From NCBI GenBank assembly GCA_000004695.1, contig CM000151.3, positions 7,200,001 to 7,264,000 on the forward strand: a stretch of DNA of 64,000 nucleotides, read 5' to 3'. The notes beneath the pieces were generated by a model, which was not told where the DNA came from, did no database searches, and saw nothing but the letters and a program-made list of their open reading frames with translations. Origin of the DNA: Dictyostelium discoideum (lineage: Eukaryota). Numbering within the stretch: position 1 is the first letter of the stretch; each line of letters opens with the position of its first letter. Positions 35,961-48,338 of this stretch are shown here, one piece after another. The position numbers were made by a program, and so were the translations under genes.

Positions 35961-37149
35961 CAATTTTTAATTAATTTTTACTATTTTTTTTTTTTTTTTT
36001 TTATCAAAATTTCAACTTTCCCAATTTAGCCTTTTTCCACTCAACAACCAATTCAATAAATTAATATTAATTTCATCAATTTAAGTTTATGGCTTCCTTT
36101 TTAACATTGGGAAATTAATTTAACAAAAAAATAATTTAAATTATCTTTTTTAATGGCTCAACATTTTTTTTTTTTTTTCTTTATTATTTATTATTGGTCA
36201 ATCAGTGTTCATCCAACAAAGGAAATAAACATATAGTTTTTTTATGAATATTAATTTTGAAATGTGATACAATTCTTTTTTTTATTATAATTTAATTTAT
36301 CTAAAAAAGAATTGTTATTATTATTTTATTTTTTTTATTTTTTTTTTTTTTTGATATTAATTAATTATATACGAGATCTTGATCTAGATACTTAGCAAAA
36401 ATAAATGTTTTATTTAGATTTAATTTAAAATTGTTAGATTAGATTAAAAATTCAAATAATTAATTATGGTTTATGTAAAAATTGTTTCAAAATTTATTAA
36501 AAAGGGAGGTGATAGGTTACTTATTAGATTGATTAAATTTGTTGCCGAAATATTGGCAATGCAGATTTTACTTGTGTCTGTAAGGTTTATTGATAAGAAC
36601 GGCCTCCCTCAATAAATAGTTCAATTTTAATAGTTTTTAATTAATGAAATTTTTTATTTTTTGAGTTTTGTGGGATATAATAGATTCTTAAAAAATTCTT
36701 AAAAAACTCATTTCTTTTCATTTTTTTTATCCTTTGGGTGGTAAAACAAAAAATAAATAAAAAAAAAAAAAAGTTAATAAACCTTTTATTCATTTGTTTT
36801 ATTTTTTTTTTTTTTTTTTTTCTTTCTCAAATAAAACTATTAATTATTGTTTATCAGTTAAATGAAGTAAACAGTGACTAATCCGTAATAAATATATTTA
36901 TTTAATATATTAAATTCAATTTTTAGAAGAGATCATGACCATATAGATCATTTCCTAGATTTTCATTACATAATGCACAATCTTTATGATGAAGTTAGAC
37001 ATTGTTTTGTCTTTTATTTTTAGAATATCCCTCTTTTAATTCTTATGTTGTCCCAATTTTTGAGGTTTTTAAAAATTTAGATGTAAACCTGTTTTTATTG
37101 AGTCGGTATTACCAACTTTTGTAATGAGATTAATAGTTTTATTTGATAT

Positions 37150-37180
37150 ATCGGAACTTCAGTATCCGAACTTCGGAAGT
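37150..37180 (-). promoter_or_regulatory. Putative external B-box(es) 35-50 bp downstream of the tRNA-Ser 3' end
   Basis: Minus strand reads ...CTTCCGAAGTTCGGATACTGAAGTTCCGA..., i.e. AGTTCGGATAC and GAAGTTCCG, both resembling the pol III B-box GGTTCGAATCC. Many Dictyostelium tRNA genes carry such an ex-B box. Confidence 0.4.
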
Positions 37181-37203
37181 AGTTTAATTGATTGAAAAAG
37201 TAT

Positions 37204-37285
37204 CGACATCGGCAGGGTTCGAACCTGCGCCCCCGAAGGGATCTGATTTCTAGTCAGACGCATTAGACCACTTTGCTACGATGTC
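37204..37285 (-). tRNA. tRNA-Ser (anticodon AGA), class II with long variable arm, no intron
   Basis: Minus strand: GACATCG-TA-GCA-AAGTGGTCTAA-TGC-G-TCTGA-CTAGAAA-TCAGA-TCCCTTCGGGGGC-GCAGG-TTCGAAC-CCTGC-CGATGTC-G. There is a 7-bp acceptor, a 3-bp D stem with GG in the loop, an anticodon loop CU-AGA-AA, a 13-nt variable hairpin, a canonical T-arm GGTTCGAAC, and discriminator G. Confidence 0.85.
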
Positions 37286-37315
37286 TTTGGTGAAATTTTG
37301 ATTTTATTACTTAGT

Positions 37316-37331
37316 TATACCCTTTTATTTA
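37316..37331. repeat. Left copy of the 16-bp target-site duplication TATACCCTTTTATTTA
   Basis: Identical 16-mer recurs at 37877-37892. Confidence 0.6.
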
Positions 37332-37876
37332 GAGAAAAATCTGGAGGATCCAGAATCAATTGGGGAATAGAAATTTTCAACAGACTAGACATTCCATTAA
37401 CAGCCAACGCCATAGCCATTATTTGCGAAAACATCTGGAGAAGAAGAAACAAGAAAATCCACGAAGGAATAACACTCAAAAACTTAAGAAAACAACTACT
37501 AGTACACGAACTAAAGAAAACTCAAACAGCAGCCTGGAAAAGAACAAAAAACAACATATACAAACTAATCAGACATGAAAAAAAAGCAACCAACAACGAA
37601 CAAATAAAAAAATTCAAAAACATCATCTCCCTACAACTCGAAAGATTTAGCAAACACTGGAACTCACCACTACACACAGTAGCACTACCATCAAACCTCA
37701 ACAAATATATTACGTCACTAAACACACTCTACACCCCCCAACTTTAAAAAAAAAAAAAAAAAAAAAAAACCATACAACCTTAAAAGGCACCTGTAATATC
37801 TAAAAATAAAATTAATAAAATGAGTCATATCTCAAGAAGAAGCAACTAAAAATTGCGTTATTCCATTCAAAAAAAA
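37332..37876 (+). mobile_element. Truncated tRNA-gene-targeted non-LTR retroelement (TRE5-like) fragment of 545 bp with an internal A24 tract, inserted 46 bp upstream of tRNA-Ser and flanked by a perfect 16-bp target-site duplication
   Basis: The composition changes abruptly to an A/C-rich, T-poor segment (…caacgccatagccattatttgcgaaaacatctggagaagaagaaacaag…cacactctacaccccccaactttA24). It is bounded by identical 16-mers TATACCCTTTTATTTA at 37316-37331 and 37877-37892. The insertion point ~46 bp 5' of the tRNA matches the known TRE5 preference (~48 bp upstream of tRNA genes). Confidence 0.5.
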
Positions 37877-37892
37877 TATACCCTTTTATTTA
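37877..37892. repeat. Right copy of the 16-bp target-site duplication TATACCCTTTTATTTA
   Basis: Identical to 37316-37331; 545 bp lie between the two copies. Confidence 0.6.
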
Positions 37893-38124
37893 CCGAATAA
37901 TTTAATAAATATTTTTTAAACTAATCTCTTCTGATTGTAGTCAAAATAATAGGATTTATTTGATCACAACTTTATATTTAACAACAATGAAATTGATTTA
38001 TTTTATTTTTACTATTTACACTAAAATTAATTAATAAAGAAAATCAGAATACCTAGAGTTGAGGGAACAATTTAAATTCTGGTTTTATCTATTAAATTTG
38101 GACCCTGTATAAATCTATTTTTAT

Positions 38125-38210
38125 AAATAAAATTAGAGAAAGTATCTCGAGGAGAAGCACTCACAATTGTGTTATCCAATTAATTCAAAAAACAAAAAAA
38201 CTAGGTAAAC
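38125..38210 (+). repeat. Diverged second copy (~75% identity) of the last ~70 nt of the retroelement fragment; likely relic of an older insertion near the same tRNA
   Basis: aaattagagaaagtatctcgaggagaagcactcacaattgtgttatccaattaattcaaaaaacaaaaaaa versus aaattaataaaatgagtcatatctcaagaagaagcaactaaaaattgcgttattccattcaaaaaaaa (37811-37876). Confidence 0.35.
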
Positions 38211-38585
38211 AATATATAATTTAATATTTTATATTTAATTTCTTTTATTTATTTTTTTTATCTTTTTTAATATTTTTAGTGAGTATCTCTAAACTGAATA
38301 AAATAATAAAACAACTAAACAATCATTTTCAAAAAAGACGGAAAAGCATATTTTAATTAAAAGTGAGGAAAAAGAAAAAAAAAAAAAAAAAAAAAATTAT
38401 TACTTAAATTAATTTCGTTGGAAAAAAAAAAAAAAAAAAAAAAAAAATGAAAATTTCAAAAAAACGATTGTTGTCGGCTTTTTTTTTTTTTATTTTTATT
38501 TTTATTTTTATTTTTTATTTTTTATTTTTTATTTTTCTTTTTTTTTGTATTACATTTTTCTGATTTTTATAATTATAGTTATTAA

Positions 38586-38616
<31 letters not shown>

Positions 38617-38640
38617 TAGAAAAATCATAAAAAAAAAAAG

Positions 38641-41600
38641 ATGGAATCAGGATCACAAATCTTTCTTCCATATAAATCAGTTGGTTATGTCAGTTCAGGT
38701 GTACCATTTAAATTAAGAGCTGAAAAATTGCATTATTCAATTATGTTAGCCATTGGGAATTCTTTTCAATTATTAAATGTAATTATTATTTTTTTTTTTT
38801 AAAAAAATAAAAATATTATAAAAAAACATATATTAATGACATTATTATTATTATTATTATTATTAAATTAGTCAATTAAATTATTTCCAAGAATGGTATC
38901 AAATAGTCAAGAAGGTAAAATTAGAGATATGTCATTTTATAAGAAAGATCATTTTTTGACAACATGTAAAAAAGATATTATATTATGGAAAGGTCAATAT
39001 GAAGAATTTAGATTTAGAGGACATTCATCAAAGGTTATTAAATTGATGGTATTTGATAATATATTATTTTCATTGGCAAAAAACAATGAACTGATTATGT
39101 GGGATGTTGATTCACGTTTAATTTTTAAAGAACAATTACCAGAATTTAATGCAAAAACTCATCGTATAACAGAGATTGTCCATCCACTTGGATATTATAA
39201 TAAAATTTTAATTGGATTTGAAAGTGGTGAAGCACAAATTTGGAATATTAAAACAAAGAAATTAATATTTACATTCAATTTAGTAAAGGATAATAAAAAC
39301 ATTAAAGATAAAATCACCTCATTTCAACAGTCACCAGTTTCAGATATAATTGCAATTGGTTTTTCAGATGGTAATGTTATCATTCACAATTTGAAATTGA
39401 ATAAAACAGTATTAAGTTTTCAACAAAGAGGTTCAGTTTCATCGATTTCCTTTAGAAGTGACGGTCAAAAGCAACATGTTGCCACAAGTAGCCATAGTGG
39501 TGATATATTAATTTGGGATCTTGAAAAGAATAAACCTTTCCATACATTGAAAGCACATGATAGTGAATGTACAAAAGTTGAATTCCTAAGGGAAGAACCA
39601 ATCATTTGCACCACCGGTAACGATAATTCAATAAAGATGTGGCAATTCAACGGTGTAGATGGTGTACCAATTCTCTTAAGAGAACGTACCGGTCATTTAG
39701 ATCCACCAAAATCAAGCGAATTCTTTGGCGATGAACAAGAGAACTCAGTGATTTCAATCTCTGATCAATCAATTCGTTACGTTTCAATTGTTGCCTCCAC
39801 TTTTAATAAAGAATTATCAAAAAAGAATTTCAAAAAAGAAATGACTCCATTTAGTGGTTTCTCTACAAACTTTCGTAGAAATCGTAGTTGGGAAACTGCA
39901 GTTTCAATTCATGAAGATTCAAAACATGCTTTCACTTGGGATTGTTCAAGTTATTCCATAAATAAGAAATTAAATATTCAAGAACCAATTAGTTCAACTA
40001 AAATTTCAACTTGTGGTAATTTTGTTTTCTTTGGTACTGTTTATGGTAATCTATTGAAATTCAATATTCAATCTGGTATTAAACGTGCTAAAATTTTACC
40101 AAATATTCAAAAAACTTCAATAACAAGTATAATAGTTGAACCAACTAATCAATTTATAATTACAAGTGGTTTAGATTCAATTATAAATTATTGGGATTTT
40201 AATGATTTAAAATATTTATATTCAATTGATATTAATAATACCAATACAAATAATAAGGAAAATCAAGATAACAATAACAATGACAATAAAAAAAGTAAAA
40301 TTAGAATTTCAAAAATGTTATTACATAGTGAATCTGGTATATTTGCAGTGGTTTCAAATGATGATAAAATTAGATTATATGATATTGATACACGTAAATT
40401 AGTTAGATATTTCAATGTTAAAGGTAATGTTAATAGTATTGTTTTTAGTCATGATGGTCGTTGGATTATTGCAAGTACTCAAGTTGATTCGGTCGTTCGT
40501 GTACTTGATATTCCATCTGGTAAAATGATTGATTGGTTCAAAATGCCAAAACCAGTAACAAGTTTATCATTCTCTCCAAAAGGTGAATATTTAGTTACAA
40601 CTCATTCCGGACAATTACCAATTTATCTTTGGAGTAATCAATCTCATTTCGGTTCAGTTTTCCTTAAAACTCCACCTCAAATTCCAAATACAATCATTTT
40701 ACCTTCACAAGTTATTGAAATTTCACCAATTCAAGAATCATCTAATAATAAACAAAAAAGTTCAACTAAAAAATTAAAAGAAAAAGAACAACATGAACAA
40801 GATGAAGAATTTGAAATTCAACAAGATTTAGGTTTACCTGAAGAATTTGATGAAGAAATGGAAGATAATCAAGTTGATAATAATGATAATGATGCTGATG
40901 ATAATAAAAAATCAACTATTAAACAAATTGATCAATTAATTACATTATCAAGTGATGTTGCAAAAAGCAAATGGCAATCACTCTTAAATTTAGATATCAT
41001 TAAAGAAAGGAATAGACCAATTCAACAAAATGAAAAACCAGCTTTAGCACCTTTCTTTTTATCAACTATTCAAGGTTTAGAACCAAAATTCGCTAAAATT
41101 GATGTTGTTAATCCTTTAACTATTAAAACTGCTGTCTCAACTGGTGGTGGTGGTAGTGCAAATACAACTGGTTCAACTGATGATAATGAAAATAATGGTG
41201 AACCAACTGAAGAAGAATTAAAAGGTTGGGATAATTGGGCTGGTGCTGATGATGAAGAAAATGATGATGACGATGATGATGAAGACAACGAAAATGATGA
41301 TCAAGATGAAGATAGTGAAGATGATGAAGATGAAGGTGATGAAGACCTTGAAAAAACTACTGAAACTTTCAAAAATGAGAAAGAAATTTATAGATCAGAC
41401 AAAGTTATTAAAACTGATTCACTTCAAGGTACAAGAACTAATTTTAATTTATCATTAGAAAATGGTTATATAACTCAAAATTGTAAGTGTAAAAAAATTA
41501 AAAATTAATAATAATAATACTTTTTTAATTAATTAACTGACTTTTTTTTTTTTTTTTTTTTTAATTAATTATTTAATTTAGATTCAGAAAGTTTAAGAAT

Positions 41601-41913
41601 ATTAAAATCATTAACCCCATCTGGTATTGATTTTGAAATTAGAACATTAACAACAGCTGATGATTATGCTGATATTCATTATATGTTTGATTTCATTGTT
41701 TATCAATTATTGAAAAATGGTGATTATGATTTCATTCAATCAATACTCAGTGTCACTTTAAAGGTACATGGTTATTTATTATATGATACCACTTTCAAAA
41801 GAGATCTCAGACAATTATTATTAGTATTTAATGAACCTTGGTTTAAAATGCAAAAACTTTTCCATTCAAATATTTGCATGCTTAGATATTTCACAAATAC
41901 TTTAAATAATTAA
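38641..41913 (+). CDS. WD40-repeat protein WDR36 / UTP21 (U3 snoRNP, SSU processome); 3 exons approx 38641..38778, 38872..41482, 41582..41913
   Basis: MESGSQIFLPYKSVGYVSSGVPFKLRAEKLHYSIMLAIGNSFQLLN|SIKLFPRMVSNSQEGKIRD..., many WD repeats (IIAIGFSDGNVIIHNL, ILIWDLEKN...), an acidic DE-rich linker, and a C-terminal Utp21 domain (…PFFLSTIQGLEPKFAKI…|YSESLRILKSLTPSGIDFEIRTLTT…YFTNTLNN). Donors are GTAATT and GTAAGT. Boundaries anchored to ORF-track 38893..41508 and 41683..41913. Confidence 0.8.
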
Positions 41914-41929
41914 ATTATTTAAATTAAAA

Positions 41930-41962
<33 letters not shown>

Positions 41963-42198
41963 ACAATAAAAAAAAAAAAAAATAATAAATAAATAAAATA
42001 AAAGTTTAAATTTAAAAATAAAAAAAAACCTATAATAATATAAATAATAATAATTAACTTATTTTTTTTTTTTAAACATTTAAAATACAAAAATTAATTG
42101 ATTAATTTTAAATGTGTTTAGAAAAATTAAAATATGTAATAAAAAAAAATTTTATAATACTTTTAATTTTATTTATTACTTTAAATTATAAAATTAAA

Positions 42199-44136
42199 TT
42201 AATTAAAAGTTGTTGAATCAGAAGAAGAATCAGAAGAAGGTGAAGCAGGTTTCATTGATTGTAAGGACATTGTCATCCAATCGAAATTCCAAGTAGTTGG
42301 TTGACCAGCATAAGTGTATTTTTGATTCCATTGTGAATTCCAAGTGAATGGAGTTTCATTATCATGAGATGGACCAGATTGAGCATTTACTAAAAGAGCA
42401 GCAACCATATCAGCTGAAACAACTTTTGAATCGATACCACCGAAAGCATCAGGATCAAGGTATTGATTATTTGGGTCGTCAGCAGTGACTAAATCGAAAC
42501 GACTACTAATTTGATTACCAGCATTACCTTGTGAGAATGGATCATTTTGCCAGTTATTATAACGAAGCATAGCTTGGAATTGAGTTAATGAATGAATGTT
42601 ATTAGCATCACGTTTGAAAATCATTGATCTTGGACTTGCTTGATAAGAGAACCAGTTACCAAATTGTGCATAAGTTTCATTGAAACCAGTTAAACCATAA
42701 ATATTCTCATAGAATGGAATATTAAATGATGGCCAATAACCAGTACGTAAAATTGCTGTTTGATCACCATATTCAACGTAATCTGGTACTTGTTCTAAAA
42801 TATAAAGTGTACCATCTAATGCACCATAACCTTTAATAAATTTATTATAATCAACAATAATCCACTAAATTAATTAATAATAAAAAATAGTGTGTGTGTG
42901 TGTGTGTGTGTTAATAATAAAATATTAATATTTATATATATCTCTATAAATATATTGATTTTTAAAAATAAAACATACTTGATTATTATAAGTACCAGAA
43001 TTATATAATGAAAAAGTTTGACACCAAGATTCACCACCAGTAGCTAAACGATTGGCAACGATAACTCTTATCCATGAAAGAACAGATTCTGATGTAATTA
43101 AATGATAAAGATTATTATTCATTAAACCATTTGTAGTTTCAATTACAACAATCTTTGTATCTAATAAATAGAAATCATCAATTGAACTAAGAGTACCTGG
43201 GTAACCTGAAAACATTGTGACTTTTGATGCTGGTGGTTGACCATTAAATAAATATTTAAGATTATAAACTTTAAACATTCTAACCATTTCATAATATGAA
43301 GACCTATAAAAAAAAAAATAAAAAAATTAAAAGTTAATAAATTATTATTATTATTATTATTATTTAAATAATTTAAAAAATATATATATTTAAATAATTT
43401 ACCAAGTAGTATGACCAGAGAAAAGATCACTTAAATCATCAGTCATTTTAATTAAAGCTGAACAATGACCGGTTCTTCTCATAAATTCTTTGAAAGCTTG
43501 TTTTGGTGAAGTGGCAGTGGCTGGGGAGGTAACTTGTTTACCGTTGGTAAGGTTGAGGGCTGGACCAAGGTCAATCATATCACCATCCATATTCATTAAG
43601 AAAAATTCTGTGATGCCTAATGATTGTGAAGCGTCAACACCATTATCAATGACGGATTGGTTGTAACCACGTTGCATATATGTGATTTGAGTTAAAACAG
43701 TTTCAACATTTTGCCAATATAAATCATTTGATGGTGCACTGTCAATCATTGTTTGTAAGTATTGTAAATTCTCTTGAATCCAATTCTCAACATCTGATCC
43801 AATTACATTGTGGTATTCGTTATTGTACATGTTCATCCAATTTTGGTAAATCATTTCTTGGGAAATATAACCTTCTAAATAACCTGCACCTGCTGCAATG
43901 ATATCGTTTGGATAAAGTCCCTCTGATGAGCTAATACTCATAAATGACCAACCTGTAGTCATCATTTCATTGGAGAATATTGCTTGTGCAACACCATTTG
44001 AAAATGTACCTGGTTTAACATAATAGTTATCTGGTTGTGAATAAAATACAGTATATCCATCGTCAATGCTACTTTGTGATAAAACACTACCAATAATTGC
44101 AATGGTTAATAATAAAAGTGACCTTATTACTCTCAT
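42199..44136 (-). CDS. Phospholipase B-like (LAMA/PLBD family) secreted protein; 3 exons approx 43403..44136, 42979..43303, 42199..42864
   Basis: Signal peptide MRVIRSLLLLTIAIIGSVLSQ, then ...GWSFMSISSSEGLYPNDIIAAGAGYLEGYISQEMIYQNWMNMYNN...LYWQNVETVLTQITYMQRGYN...CSALIK.... Donors are TG|GTAAAT and CAA|GTATGT. Intron 2 contains (CA)10. Boundaries anchored to the three ORF-track entries. Confidence 0.8.
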
Positions 44137-44795
44137 TCTTTTTTAAATTTTAAATTTTTAATTTTTTTTTTTTTTTTTTTTTTCCTAGATAAATAATAAT
44201 AATAAAAAAAAAAAAAAAAAAGGTGAAAATAAGAATTTTATGAAACTAAAAAAAATGAAACAAACCAAAACAAAAAATAAAAAAATAAAAAAAAAAAAGT
44301 GATTGGAAACTGACAAAAAAAAAAAAAAAACACAAAAAATAAAAAAAAATAAAAAAAAAATAATTTTTTAAAATTTAAAAAGCTTTTGAAGTTTCTTTGC
44401 TCAGTGTTCTTTTGTTTTAAATTTCCCATCATAAATATCTTCAAAAAATTTATTATTTTAAAAGAAAAAATAATATCTTGGTTTATTATTTTTTTTTAAT
44501 AATTTTTTTTTTTTTTTTTTTTTTTTTTTGGAATTATAATAATTTGTTGAAAAAATTTGCAAATTTTGTTTTTAATTTAACTTTGAAGTCCAAGCAAATA
44601 TTTGCTTTTAAAAAAAAACAAAAAATTATTAATAAAAGTAGTGTGGAATTGAAAACTTTTTCCTAATTATTTCATTCCACAAACAAATACAAAAACAAAT
44701 GATAAATAGGGATTTATTATTTTAATATTTGGTCAAACTTTTCTTTTTCTTTTTTTTTTTATAATTTTATTAATCGATTTTTTTTTTTTTTTGAT

Positions 44796-44829
<34 letters not shown>

Positions 44830-45668
44830 GTAGTTAAACAATTTTTTTTTTTTGTGAAACCAAATTATAAAAAAAAAAAAATAAAGTGAAAATAAAATAA
44901 AAAAAGACAAATAATATTTTATTTATTTTTTTAAAAATAATAATAAAAATAAAATTAAAATTAAAAATAAAAATAAAAATAAAAAAAGATAAAAAAAAAA
45001 AAATAATTACCCTGTCACAATCAATTAAATAATTAGATACAAAAAAATAAAAAATAAAAAATAATAAAAAAAAAAAAAAATAAAAATAATAAGATAAGAA
45101 AGAAAAAAAGAAATTAAAAAAAGAAAATGTAAATCTTAAGGATTGATTGAGTTTTTTATTTTTTTTATTTTTTTTTTATTTTTTTTTTTATTTTTTTAAA
45201 CTTTTTTTTTTTTTTTTAAAAAAAAATTAATTTTTTTTTTTTTTTTTAACATTTTCAAATAAATAAATTATCTCGCACACTCCACAAATCGCCACTCATA
45301 TTAACATTTATTTTTATTATTAACAATAATTGTTAAGTTGGAATATAATTTAATTCATAAAGCCAAAGAAAATTAATATAACTGGCATTTTCTTTTCAAT
45401 TTAATTTTAAATCACTCACACACACTCACATAATTATGTGTGTGTAATAAAAGAATAATAATAAAAAAAATAAAAAATAAAATAAAATAATAAAAAAATA
45501 AAATAAAAATAAAATAATTAATCATTTTTTTTTTTTTTTTTTTTTTTCTATATAATAAAAAAAAAAGTTGTACACACAAACCCTAAATAATAATTTTTTA
45601 GTCTATTTTTAGTTTCCATATAAAGAAAAAAAAAAATAAAATAACTAAAAAAAAAAAACAAATAAAAC

Positions 45669-45741
<73 letters not shown>

Positions 45742-45781
45742 AATTGTATAATAAAAAAACACACACACACACACACACACA
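45669..45781. repeat. (CAA)~24 followed by (CA)~12 microsatellites ~100 bp upstream of the RasGEF ATG
   Basis: Perfect CAA run 45669-45741, then ACACAC... run 45759-45781. They lie in the 5' UTR/promoter region of the gene starting at 45854. Confidence 0.8.
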
Positions 45782-45853
45782 AGTAACATACACATTCTTA
45801 AATATAAATATAAATAATTAACTAAATAAAGTAAATAAAGTAAATAAAATAAA

Positions 45854-47870
45854 ATGTCAAATACAAATATAAATGTACAATCATCAACCCCAAAGAAAAG
45901 TTTAGGGTCATCACAATACTCACTTGCTGGTTCATCAAGTAGTAACCTAAATAATATTAATAATAATAATAACAACAACAACAATAATAATAATAATAGT
46001 ACTGGACAAGAAAATAGTATTGATGATAGTGGAAGTTCATCATTTGTAAACTTTCCAGCATCAGAATGGTTATCTAAAGCAATGCATAAACATCCAGATA
46101 TATTAGAACTTCGTGAAAGAACTAGACCAATCACACAAGTTAAATCATATTCTAGAAATAAACGATCAAGTAAAACCGAAGCATCACATTCAATCAATGA
46201 TACAATGTTATTGAAATTGATTATGCAATATTTTCACGAAGAGAATTTAACCACATCATTAAAAAAGATTCAAGAGGAAACTAAAGTTCAATTCACACCA
46301 AACGAAGTTGATAAAGATTCATTAGAGAATTTACTCAGAATTGGTATAAAGGATACCAATTGGTTTGGACCATTGGAAGATATAGAGGATGCAGATCCAG
46401 AGGTTGAAACTTACCATTCCTATATCTCTGAAGATTCTCTAAATGAAAATGGTTTAGAAGGTGAAGGTAACCTAATTGAAGATCGTTATGATGAATCTCA
46501 AATAAGTAGAAATCCTGATGGTACAATTAAAGCTGCAACATTTAATAGATTATTATTATGGTTAATTGGTAATTTTAATGGTCCTGGTATGGTTATTATT
46601 AATTATTATTAATTATTATTTATTATTTAATACAATGTATATTAATATTTTATTTTTTAATTTTTTATTTTTATTATTTTTATTATAGATGTAAATGAAT
46701 TTAAAAAAATATTCTTTTTAACATATCCATCATTTACAACAGCGGAAGCAATATTAAATAAATTTACACAAATCTATCAATTATTTGATAATATTGAATC
46801 AGCTCAAGTAATTTGTTTTATTAGATTTTGGATCGAACAACATCCAACAGATTTCAATGAAAAACTATTAGCAATTTTAAATAATTTTATTGAACATCAA
46901 GTTGCAGCTTCACATGCTAAACAATTACGTGCAGTTATTAATCTTAAAATTGTAATTGACTATAATTAATTAATTAATTAATTTATAAATTATATATTAA
47001 TATTAATATTATTATTATTATTATTATTATTTTATAAAAAAAAAAAAATAGGAAAATTATAAAGAAGCTAGAAAAGAAATTAAAGATCCACCAGAACCAA
47101 AAGTACCAAAAAATATATTTTCACCAACTTTAACATTTGATGATATTGATGAGGAAGAGATAGCAAGACAGTTATGTTGTATTGATTTTGCATTGTATGA
47201 ATTGATTAAACCATCAGAATTTTTAATCAAGGGTTGGACCAAACCACAATATAGAAATAAGGCAGTGAATCTATTGAATATGATGAGAAGATTCAATGAT
47301 TTCACTAAATGGATAGCAGCATCGATTTTAAATGAACAAAATTCAAAGGGTCGTTCGAAATTATTGGGTAGATTTTTAAAGATTTCCGAACATTTACGAG
47401 CAAATAATAATTTCCATTCATTGATGGCAATTTATGGTGGCATTAATAACACTCATGTTTTTAGAACCAAGGCAATTCGTAAGGATCTCTCTAGACAGCA
47501 ACAAGAGACCTATGCAGAGTTGGAGAAATTGTTTGCAAGTGAGAATAGTTTTAGAAATTATAGAATAGCTTACAAGGATGCTAAACCACCTTGTATCCCT
47601 TTCCTTGGTATTCATTTACGTGATTTGGCATTTGTCGATGAATCAAATCCCGATAGAATTAATAATCTCTTAAATTTAAACAAACGTCGTGTCATTTGGA
47701 GAGTCATCGTCAACACTATGCGTTATCAACCAATTCCTTATTACTTTTTAAAGGTTCATCAAATTTCTTTGTTTTTAACTGAATTAAAAACTGAATCCGA
47801 ACAACCTCAATTAACTTTAGATTTATCTTCTCATGATACTGTATTACCAAGTTCACCATCTTCAAAATAA
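45854..47870 (+). CDS. Ras guanine-nucleotide exchange factor (LisH motif + REM/RasGEF-N + CDC25-homology catalytic domain); 3 exons approx 45854..46586, 46689..46951, 47052..47870
   Basis: LisH: TMLLKLIMQYFHEENLTTSLKKIQEE. REM: IKAATFNRLLLWLIG...|DVNEFKKIFFLTYPSFTTAEAILNKFTQIY...WIEQHPTDF. CDC25-HD: EIARQLCCIDFALYELIKPSEFLIKGWTK...FHSLMAIYGGINNTHVFRTKAI...PCIPFLGIHLRDLAFVDESNP. Donors are G|GTATGG and ATT|GTAATT. Confidence 0.8.
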
Positions 47871-48007
47871 AAATTAAATTAAATTAAATTAAATTAAATA
47901 AATAAATAATAAATTATATATAATATAAAATTAATATAAAATAAAATAAAATAAAAAAAAAAAAAAAAAAAAAAAAAATGATATGGTACATTATAAAAAA
48001 GAATCAA

Positions 48008-48192
<185 letters not shown>

Positions 48193-48196
48193 ATTT

Positions 48197-48281
48197 TTAA
48201 TTATGACTTGAATGAATAATAGGTGGACAAATTAATGCAAATTGAATTTGTTCAGATTGATTCTTTTCTTTTTGTTTTTCT

Positions 48282-48338
<57 letters not shown>

